Origin: Octopus vulgaris
Taxonomy: Eukaryota
Direction of reading: 5' to 3'
NCBI GenBank assembly: GCA_951406725.2
Contig: OX597823.1
Location: 73,966,001-74,030,000, forward strand
Length of the DNA stretch: 64,000 bases
Numbering within the stretch: the first letter of the stretch is position 1; every line of letters starts with the position of its first letter. Below are positions 53,911-64,000 of this stretch, one piece after another. Made by a program: the position numbers and the translations under genes. Below the pieces are notes generated by a model that did not search any database, was not told the origin of the DNA, and was given only the letters and a program-made list of their open reading frames with translations.

Positions 53911-54508
53911 TCTTCCTCTCTACCTATCAACCTCTTTATCAACCTAACTTGCCCTCCTTCAATTCATCCATTCATAGATGAATAGATAGGCTCTTCTGTT
54001 CATATATGCTTATACACACACACACACACACTCACAGAAGTATATATACTTTCTCTCTGACATACTTGCACACACACAGACACACACACATGAGGACAAT
54101 TTTTCTTCTTCAGAGATGAACACGAGCTACAGAGCAAACAGAACAGCCCATCGCATGCACACATGCACTGTTTTGATTCCGTCGAGCATCCTTCTACAGA
54201 CATCAGTAAACACGTGCGTTCAGACAGTCTGCTTCGTATATTCTGATGACATCTAATTAGCAAGAATGTTTGATGAATCTAATGAACACAGATACAAAGG
54301 AAAATTAAGATTAGAAAAAAAAACGTGGGCAATTTTTTTCAATGCAAACACTGTTTATAGTATATTTATGGTTATGTATGATTATAAAATCTGTGTATGC
54401 ATACACACACATGTATGCATATATGCATACTATATATATATATGTATGTGTATATACATACTATATATGTATGATTTATATATATATATATACATACACA
54501 TATATGAT

Positions 54509-54547
<39 letters not shown>

Positions 54548-54573
54548 CACATATATATATATACATACACACA

Positions 54574-54613
<40 letters not shown>

Positions 54614-54632
54614 CACATATATATATATACTC

Positions 54633-54663
<31 letters not shown>

Positions 54664-55601
54664 CACATGTATATATATACACACACATGTATATATACAC
54701 ACACATGTATACATGTATTCTGAGTTCAAATTCCGCCGAGGTCGACTTTGCCTTTCATCCTTTCGAGGTCGATAAATTAAGTACCAGTTATGCACTGGGG
54801 TTAATTTAATCGACTTGATCCCTTTGTCTGTTCTTGTTTGTCCCCTCTATGTCTAGCCCCTTGTGGGCAATAAAGAAAGAAGAAACTAAGCCAAAACAGA
54901 CTGGAGCCAGGCTCTTCGGCTTACTAATTCAAGTCAAACCGTCTAACCCATGCCGGTATAGAAAAACAGATGCTAAATGATGCTGATGCTGATCATGATG
55001 AGGTATCATTCCAGCCACTTCACGAAGGCCTCATGGAAGTCCTTCAAGGTGAAGGTGCCCAGACTCTTATCACAGCTGCCTTCATCTTCAAAATAACTGT
55101 TTTTGGATGCTCTTCCTAACGCCAAGCACTTTATAGAGTGTACTGGGTGCTATTACATAGCAGTGGCTTGGGTGCTTTCTACCTGACGCAAGCACCTATG
55201 AGCCTGCAAGAGCAAGGATGCTCAGCTGGAGAGGGTTGTAAAGGATGAGCCTGTATTTAAGGACAACTATGCTTTTGCTCAGCTTGATGTGTCTTTTTAA
55301 TGACAGCAAACCACCAGGATTTTTGGTCCCCTGTCATAGGTTATACATGCCAGTGACATGTGTAGGGCACACATGCTGGTGATACATCTGAGGTACACAT
55401 GCTGGTGACAAGTGTGAGGCACATGTGATGATGAGTCATGGCCAGTGCTGGTGGCATGTAAAAGGCATCCGTGCCAGTGATGCATAAGGTACATGTGCCA
55501 GTGACACATGTGAGGCATCTATGCTGGTGAGATGGAGAAGAAACCTGTGTCAGTGACATGCAAAAGACACCCATGCCAGTGGCACGAAAAAATGTATTCA
55601 T

Positions 55602-55743
55602 AAGTGCAGGAGTGGCTGTGTTCCGGGTTCAGTCCCACTGCGTGACACCTTGGGCAAGTGTCTTCTACTATAGCTTCAGGCCGACCAAAGTCTTATGAGT
55701 GGATTTGGTAGATGGAAACTGAAAGAAGCCCATCATATATATG

Positions 55744-55776
<33 letters not shown>

Positions 55777-55998
55777 ATGTTTGTGTGTCTGTGTTTGTCC
55801 CCCCAACATTGCTTAACAACCAATGCTGGTGTGTTTACATCCCCATACCTTAGCGGTTCGGCAAAAGAGGCCGATAGAATAAGTACTAGGCTTACAAAGA
55901 ATAAGTACTGGGGTTGAATTGCTCGAGTAAAGGCGGTGCTCCAGCATGGCCTCAGTCAAATGACTGAAGCAAGTAAATGAGTAAAAGAGTAAAAGAGT
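55602..55998 (+). mobile_element. SINE family B
   Basis: Homology to other copies. Confidence 0.8.
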
Positions 55999-56377
55999 AT
56001 ATCAGTGACAGGCAAAAGGAATTCTTACTGATGACACAGAAAAGGTACCTGTGCAGGTGATATGTTAAAAGCACCCATGCTTGTAAGATGTCCAGTGCTT
56101 ATCAATCTAGTTCAACAAATCTACGATATATTTCTACATTTATGTTGATTTCAAATGTTGGTGTAAAGCCACCAATTTCGGGGGAGGGGGTAAGTTGATT
56201 ACATCGACCGCAGTGCTCAAATAGTATTTACTCAATCAACTCAAAGAGATGAAAGGGAAAGTCAACCTCAGCAGAATTTGAACTCAGAACAAGAAGAGGG
56301 ATGAAATACCACTAAGCATTTTGCTTGGTGTGCTAACAATTCTGCCAGCTTGCCACCTTTTTTTTCATCATTTTTAC

Positions 56378-56766
56378 TCTAGGCACAAAGCCTGAAATTT
56401 TGGGGGAGGAGGCCAGTTGATTAGATCGACCCCAGTATGCAACTGATACTTAATTTATCGACCCTGAAAAGATGAAAGGCAAAGTCGACCTCGACGGAAT
56501 TTGAACTCAGAACGTAGCAGCAGACGAAATACCTGTTTCTTTACTACCCACAAGGGGCTAAACACAGAGAGGACAAACAAGGGCAGACAAATGGATTAAG
56601 TCGATTATATCGACCCCAGTGCATAACTGGAACTTATTTAATTGATCCTGAAAGTATGAAAGGCAAAGTTGACATCGGCGGAATTTGAACTCAGAACGTA
56701 GCAGCAGACTAAATACCGCTAAGCATTTCGCCCAGCGTGCTAACGCTTCTGCCAGCTCACCACCTT
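56378..56766 (-). mobile_element. SINE family C dimer
   Basis: Two body units plus head; an older related copy lies at ~56155-56358. Confidence 0.8.
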
Positions 56767-56769
56767 TTA

Positions 56770-57168
56770 CTACTCTTTTACTCTTTTACTTGTTTCAGTT
56801 ATTTGACTGTGGCCATGCTGGAGCACCGCCTTTAGCTGAGCAACTCGACCCCAGGACTTATTCTTTGTAAGCCTAGTACTTATTCTTTTGCTGAACTGCT
56901 AAGTTACGGAGACGTAAACACACCAGCATTGGTTGTCAAGCGATTTTTGGGGGACAAACACAGACACATAAACATATACACACACATATATATATGTATA
57001 TATGATTGGCTTCTTTCAGTTTCCGTCTACTTAATCCTCTCTCAAGGCTTTGGTTGGACTGAGGCTATAGTAGAAGACACTTGCCCAAAGTGCTATGCAG
57101 TGGGACTGAACCCGGAACCATGTGATTCGTAAGCAGGCTACTTACCACAGAGTCACTCCTATGCCTAT
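56770..57168 (-). mobile_element. SINE family B
   Basis: Homology to other copies. Confidence 0.8.
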
Positions 57169-57204
57169 ATTGATATAGATATGTATTGATAAAGAAGGAA
57201 ATAG

Positions 57205-57586
57205 TGGAAGCACTCCGTCGGTTACGACGACGAGGGTTCCGGTTGATCCGAATCAACGGAACAGCCTGCTCGTGAAATTAACGTGTAAGTGGCTGAGCAC
57301 TCCACAGACACGTGTACCCTTAACGTAGTTCTCGGGGATATTCAGCTGACACAGAGAGTGACAAGGCCGGCCCTTTGAAATACAGGTACAACAGAAACAG
57401 GAAGTAAGAGTGAGAGAAAGTTGTGGTGAAAGAGTACAGCAGGGATCACCACCATCCCTGCCAGAGCCTCGTGGAGCTTTAGGTGTTTTTGCTCAATAAA
57501 CACTCACAACGCCCGGTCTGGGAATCGAAACCGCGATCCTACGACCGTGAGTCCGCTGCCCTAACCACTGGGCCATTGCACCTCCC
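57205..57586 (-). mobile_element. SINE family A, full length
   Basis: Inverted near-copy of 6838-7222; flanking duplication AAGAAGGAAATAG. Confidence 0.88.
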
Positions 57587-57967
57587 TAAGAAGGAAATAG
57601 AGAAATGTAATAGAGTGTAATATTATTCAGTGCAGCATATACAAAAATATATTACATCATGAACTAATGAAATATTCTGAGTAGTTTCTACAGTTACATC
57701 CTTCTCAGATTTATTTATTTTATACCTCTATGCAAGCAAATTGTTTCCAGTATTTTCATATTTTCTTTTTAGATGTTTCTTGATTTGTTTTTTTCTTCAT
57801 CTTTTTCTTTTTATGCAACATTTAGCTCTTCTTCCCATCTGGTACTACTATGTAGAGGTTGGAACCTAACCAAAGTTATGTAGTTTCAGTATTACATTGT
57901 TATTGTTTTATCTGCTTCTTACTAGTTACTATTTTTCTTTCCTTTGTATTGATTTTATAGTTGCTAG

Positions 57968-58066
57968 TTACTATTGTTATTGTTGTTACCATTATTATTA
58001 TTATCATCATCATCATCACCACCACCAACACCACCACCACCATCACCACCACCATCATCATCATTA

Positions 58067-58114
<48 letters not shown>

Positions 58115-58231
58115 CTGTTGTTATTATTATCATCATCATCATTATTATTATTATTATCATCATCATCATCATTGTTATTATTATTATCATCATCATCATT
58201 GTTATTATTATTATCATTATCATCATCATCA

Positions 58232-58280
<49 letters not shown>

Positions 58281-58295
58281 TGTTATTGTTGTAGT
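57968..58295. repeat. (TAT/CAT/CAC)n trinucleotide tract
   Basis: Direct reading. Confidence 0.95.
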
Positions 58296-58519
58296 TGCCG
58301 TTACAACTGAGTGACGTTATCTTTAATATTTTAACATTTGATGGACATTCCCTCGTGAAGTCAAAGCAACCATGATTTTATGCTTTATCAAATTTTGTTT
58401 GTCATCATTAAAAAAATAATGGCATTAAAATATAATACAGTATACCATATATATATATATTTGTGTGTGTGTGTGCATGTGTGTCTGTGTGTGCATGCAT
58501 GTCAGTACTCATATATGTG

Positions 58520-58584
<65 letters not shown>

Positions 58585-58891
58585 ACTCACACATGCACAC
58601 ATTTGCACACAGGTAGATACATTCATATAGAGATACATATATACACACATATATATATGTGTGTGTATGTACATGCCTATTGATTATAAAGAATATAAAT
58701 GTATCTTATCTTCTTATATATTTTTCCCTTTAATGATTTTATTTTGCGGTTACATTGGAAATATCTTTTGTTCTTTTAATAATTTAATATTCTTGTACAT
58801 ACGTACCTGCATACATATATATATATATATATACATAAATATGTATATGTATATATAAAATATATATATATACATATACACACACACACAC

Positions 58892-58932
<41 letters not shown>

Positions 58933-59156
58933 TTATATTCATTATTGTCATCATCATCATAGTTTAATGTCCGCTTTCCATGCTGACATGGGTTGGACGG
59001 TTTAACTGAGGACTGGCGGGCCAGATGGCTGCACCAGTCTCCAATCTGATGTGGCAGAGTTTCTACAGCTGGATTCCCTTCCTAACGCCAACCATTCTGA
59101 GAGTGTAGTGGGTGCTTTTACGTGCCACCGGCAAGAGGGTCACACACATATATATA

Positions 59157-61337
59157 TGACATAACATTCCAGACATCCCAGGCATTCCATGACATGACAT
59201 TCCAGACATACCAGAAATTCCAGAAATGAAAGGCATGACGTTCCAGACATTCCAGACATGACATTCGAGACATTCCAGACATCCCATGACATTCCAGACA
59301 TTCCAGAAATTCAACATTACATTCCAGACATACCAGACATGACATTCCAGACATTCCAGACATGTGATGCAACGTGACATTCCATTCCATCCATGACGTG
59401 ACGTGTCATTTCATTTTATGATGTGACGTGACGTGACATGACATTCATGACATTCATGACATTCCTGACTGGACATGACATTTATCGCATGACATTGATG
59501 ACGTAACATTCATGACATGATGTGACATTCATGACATGACATGATATTCATGACATGTCAAGTCATGAATGTCATGAATGTCATGCATGTCATGTCATGT
59601 CACGTCATTCCAGACGTTCCATGACATGACATTCCCGATATTCCAGACATGACATTCCAGGCATTCCATTCCATGACATGACATTGCAGACATTCCTTGA
59701 CATGACAGTCCAGATATTCCAGACATTCCATGACATCTCATTCCAGACTTTCCATGATGTGACATGCCAGACATTCCAGATATTTCAGACATTACAGGCA
59801 TTCCATTCCATGATATGACATTCCAGACATTCCATGACATGGCATTCCAGACATTCCAATCCATGACATGACATTCCAGATATTCCAGACATTCTATAAC
59901 ATGACATTTCAGACATTCCAGACATTCCATGACATGACATTCCAGAGTTTGCATGACATGATATTCCAGACATTCCAGACATTCCTGACACTCCAGACAT
60001 AACATTTCAGAATTCCAGACATTCCATTCTGTGACGTGACGTTACATTCCATTCCATTCTGTCACGTGACGTGACATGATATTCTTATCCATTCCATGAC
60101 GTGACTTGACATTCCATTCCTTTACATGACGTGATGCGACATTCTATGACGTGATGTGACGTGACATTCCATTCCATGATGTGACATGACATGACATTCC
60201 ATTCCATTCCGTGACGTGACATGATATTCCATTCCGTGACGTGGACGTGATGTGACACTCCATTCTGTGACGTGACGTGATATTCCATTCCATGACGTGA
60301 CATGACATGACGTGACCTTCCATTCCATTCCATGACGTGACGTGACATTCCATTCCATTCTGTCACGTAACGTGACATTCTATTCCATTCCATGACGTGA
60401 CGTGACATTCCATTTCATTCCATGCCGTGACCTAACATGACATTCCATTCCATTCCATGACGTGATGTGGCATTCCATTCCATGACGTGACATGATGCGA
60501 CATTTCATGATGTGACGTGACGTGGCATTCCATTTCATTCTATGACGTGACGGGATGTGACATTCATTCCATGACGTGACGTGACATTCCATTTCATTCC
60601 ATGTCATGACCTGACATGACATTCCATTCCATTCCATGACGTGACGTGACATTCCATTCCATGACGTGACGTGACGCGACATTCCATGATGTGACGTGAC
60701 GTGGCATTCCATTTCATTCCATGATGTGACGGGATGTGACATTCCATTCCATGACGTGACGTGACATTCCATTTCATTCCATGTCATGATCTGACGTGAC
60801 ATTCCATTCCATTCCATGACGTGACGTGACATGATATTCCATTTCATGACATGACGTGACATTCCATTTCATCGCGTGACGTGACGTGACATTCCATTCC
60901 ATAACATGACATTCCAGACATTCCATGACATGACATTCCAGTCATTCTAGACATGAAATTCCAGACATGACATTCCAGACATTCCAGATATGACATTCAT
61001 GACATGATATGACATTACATTCATGATATTCATGACATACCATGACATTCCAGACATGACATTCCAGACATGACATTCCAGACATGACATTCCAGCCGTT
61101 ACAAACATTCCATGATATTCCAGACATGACATTTCATGACATTCCAGACATTGCAGTCATTCCATGACATACTATGACATGACGTTCCAGACATTTCAGA
61201 CAAGACATTCGAGACATTCCAGATATTCCACACATGACATTCCAGATATTCCAGACATGACATTCCAGTCATTCCAGACATTACAGACAACCCAGACATT
61301 CCAGACATTCCAGACGTGATGTGACATTCCATTCCAG
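59157..61337. repeat. Complex satellite built from GACATTCCA, CATGA, TGACG and TTCCA units
   Basis: Direct reading; compositionally distinct blocks. Confidence 0.92.
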
Positions 61338-61957
61338 TATTAGCATAAGTCCATGTGTGATAATTTTAGGTCCTTGAATCACTAGTTCATTTCATTCAAT
61401 AGTCATTTATACAGTTTGTTTCTACCAAGTTTCGTTCATGAAGTAGGAGTCAGTGCAAGGGTTAAGGTAAAGGATATCAGTCAAAGATGTCACTCAGTGG
61501 AATCGAAACTGATACCTCATGGTTGAGAAGCAAGCTTCTCAACTATCTGGTAATATTAGCATCTTTGAATAAATACATATAAATATATACATACATGCAT
61601 ACGTGAACACATATACACAATTTATGCACATTTGTGTGTATGTGTGTGTATGTATATATATATATATATATGCATATAGCGTCTGATTTCCATGCTGGCA
61701 GGGGTTGGACCATATATACATACACACACACATATATATGTAGGCACTCACACATATGCACACATGCAAATTTATATGTATGTATGCAAATATATATATA
61801 TATATATAGGTGTGTATATATATGTGTGTGTATATATACGCATATATACAATTATATGTTTATATGTGTGTACATATATATATGTATGTATATATATATA
61901 TACATATATATATAATATGTGTGTATGTGTATATATACATGTATATATATTTGTGTG

Positions 61958-62009
<52 letters not shown>

Positions 62010-62257
62010 CATATACACATACATAAACACACATACACACACATATATGCACTTATGTCTTATATAACTTTTTGTTCATAAACCTCTTTGCACATGCACT
62101 CATATATGTATGTTTATTTGTGTGTGTGTATGTGTGTGTGTGTATGTGTGTAGGTATGTGTCTATATATATATATATATACGTGACAATTATAAATTCCT
62201 CTATTTACATAATATCGAGGTCTCAATCATTCTTTTGTTGTCATACAATTACTACTA

Positions 62258-62291
<34 letters not shown>

Positions 62292-62934
62292 ATATACAGA
62301 CATGCATAGACACAGTAAGTAATCTATATAGTGATTCTGTTGCACACTTATAAGCAATCATACAATCCTTTACAACATCATACTTACAGACAGTTGGACA
62401 AAACACGTCCATATAGATAGTTGCAAAGGAAGACAAATCTTCACTGATCAAGAGTAAAACAAAAAAATATAAAAAAAATAAACACAAGAAACAAACAAAC
62501 AACCACCAAATCAATTAAAATTGATTACAAAAGAATAAATGTGTCTTATCTTATTTCCTGCTGTGTTTTTTTCCCTTTAATGATTTTGTTTGGTTGTGCC
62601 GCTGTTATGGAAGGAGGTTTCTTAGATTCTGTTAATTATTTGATTAGAATTACATATAGTTAAAAGAACAACAACAACAACAACAACAAAAATGCTTTCC
62701 AAACAATAGATGTTATTCAAAAATTCATACAAGATATAAATTCAGTAAATAGGTAAATAAGCCATATCATTTACACCCCCACCACTCTCAGTTCATTGGT
62801 TTCTGTGTTCCGCCACATTTATCTCAGCTCATCTCACATCGCTGCCATTTATTACAAACTTAATTTGCCAGAAACTTATATATAATTTTATAACTTTTCT
62901 GTCAGCTGTGGTGATAGTGATATATTATTAGTGC

Positions 62935-63550
62935 TTGACAGTACGGTTTTGCTTGGAGAACATGAATAACTCTATTGTTAGAACAGCTGACAGAATGGTT
63001 GTTAAGTTTGGCAGTGTCAATATTGTCCTTGGTACTTTGCTTGTATACATGGAAATAAAAAAACAAACCAACAAACATCCTTTATAGAATCTTTCAATCT
63101 AGAAATAATAACCAATAGGTACGGGCATGGCTGTGTGGTAAGAAGCTTGCTTCCCAAGCACGTGGTTCTGGGTTCAGTTCTGCTGTGTGACATTTTGGGC
63201 AAATGTCTTCTACTATAGCGTCAGGCCAACCAAAGCCTTGACAGTATGGTTTTGCTTGGAGAACATGAATAACTGTATTGTTAGAACAGCTGACAGAATG
63301 GTTGTTAAGTTTGGCAGTGTCAATATTGTCCTTGGTACTTTGCTTGTATACATGGAAATAAAAAACAAACCAACAAACAAACAAACATCCTTTATACAAT
63401 CTTTCAATCTAGAAATAATAACCAATAGGTACAGGCATGGCTGTGTGGTAAGAAGCTTGCTTCCCAAGCACGTGGTTCTGGGTTCAGTTCTGCTGTGTGA
63501 CATTTTGGGCAAATGTCTTCTACTATAGTGTCAGGCCAACCAAAGCCTTG
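62935..63550 (+). repeat. Tandem duplication of ~303-310 bp including the 5' half of a family B SINE
   Basis: TTGACAGTA(C/T)GGTTTTGCTTGGAGAAC at 62935 and 63238; the SINE continues to ~63896. Confidence 0.9.
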
Positions 63551-63614
63551 TGAGTGGATTTGGTAGATGGAAACTGAAACAAATCTGTCACACACATATA
63601 TACATGTGTGTGTG

Positions 63615-63648
<34 letters not shown>

Positions 63649-64000
63649 CATGTGTGTTTGTGTGTGTGTGTGTATATATATGTATATGCCTTTGTGTCTG
63701 TGTTTGCCCTTTCACCACCGCTTGACAACTGTTGTTGGTGTATTCATGTCCCTGTAACTTAGCAGTTCAGCAAAAGAGACCGATAGTATAAGTACCAGGT
63801 TTTAAAAAATAATAATGGGGTAGATTTGTTTGATTAAAACAATTCAAAGTGATGCCCCTGCATGGCCACAGTCAAATGACTGAAACAAGTAAAAGTTAAA
63901 AAACAAGAAAGATAACTATTCCCAAGATAACACTGTAGTTGTTTAAATAAAAGACACATTACATAGAACAACATAGACCCTGAATGTTGTTGATCATAGG

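Noticed and set aside
52912-54809. Long His/Thr/Tyr- and Cys/Met/Val-rich ORFs (up to 331 aa)
   Set aside because: Stop-poor degenerate (TATG)n repeat, open in several frames on both strands
57897-58314. Poly-His/Tyr, poly-Ile and poly-Leu ORFs
   Set aside because: Trinucleotide repeat with no splice or homology support
59063-61332. Repetitive MSGMS/CLECH/WNVWN ORFs superficially like reflectin or metal-binding repeats
   Set aside because: All frames of a 9-bp/5-bp satellite; no reflectin motif and frequent frame breaks

Overview
AT-rich, repeat-saturated eukaryotic DNA. The SINE families, (TA)n/(CA)n/(TATC)n microsatellite load and TE mix look like an octopus (cephalopod) genome; this is an inference. 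The only recognisable host gene is an SLC19-family (thiamine/reduced-folate carrier) locus on the + strand. It has two large paralogous N-terminal coding exons (13343-14285 and 43424-44531), both ending in phase-1 donors at the same aligned codon. I could find only one downstream exon (47765-47957), which suggests a variable-exon/shared-constant-exon design. Between the two exons lies a young, full-length CsRn1-clade Ty3/Gypsy element (21353-27217) with apparently identical 584-bp LTRs, a tRNA-Trp PBS, a CHCC Gag, a -1 frameshift signal and two pol lesions. The window also holds many hammerhead-ribozyme-like motifs in Penelope-like inverted-repeat insertions, including a near-perfect 1.46-kb palindrome at 16691-18153. 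Other content includes foldback/MITE elements, decayed LINEs, mariner/Tc1 relics, three SINE families and a 2.2-kb complex satellite. Most short ORFs in the track are microsatellite artefacts.
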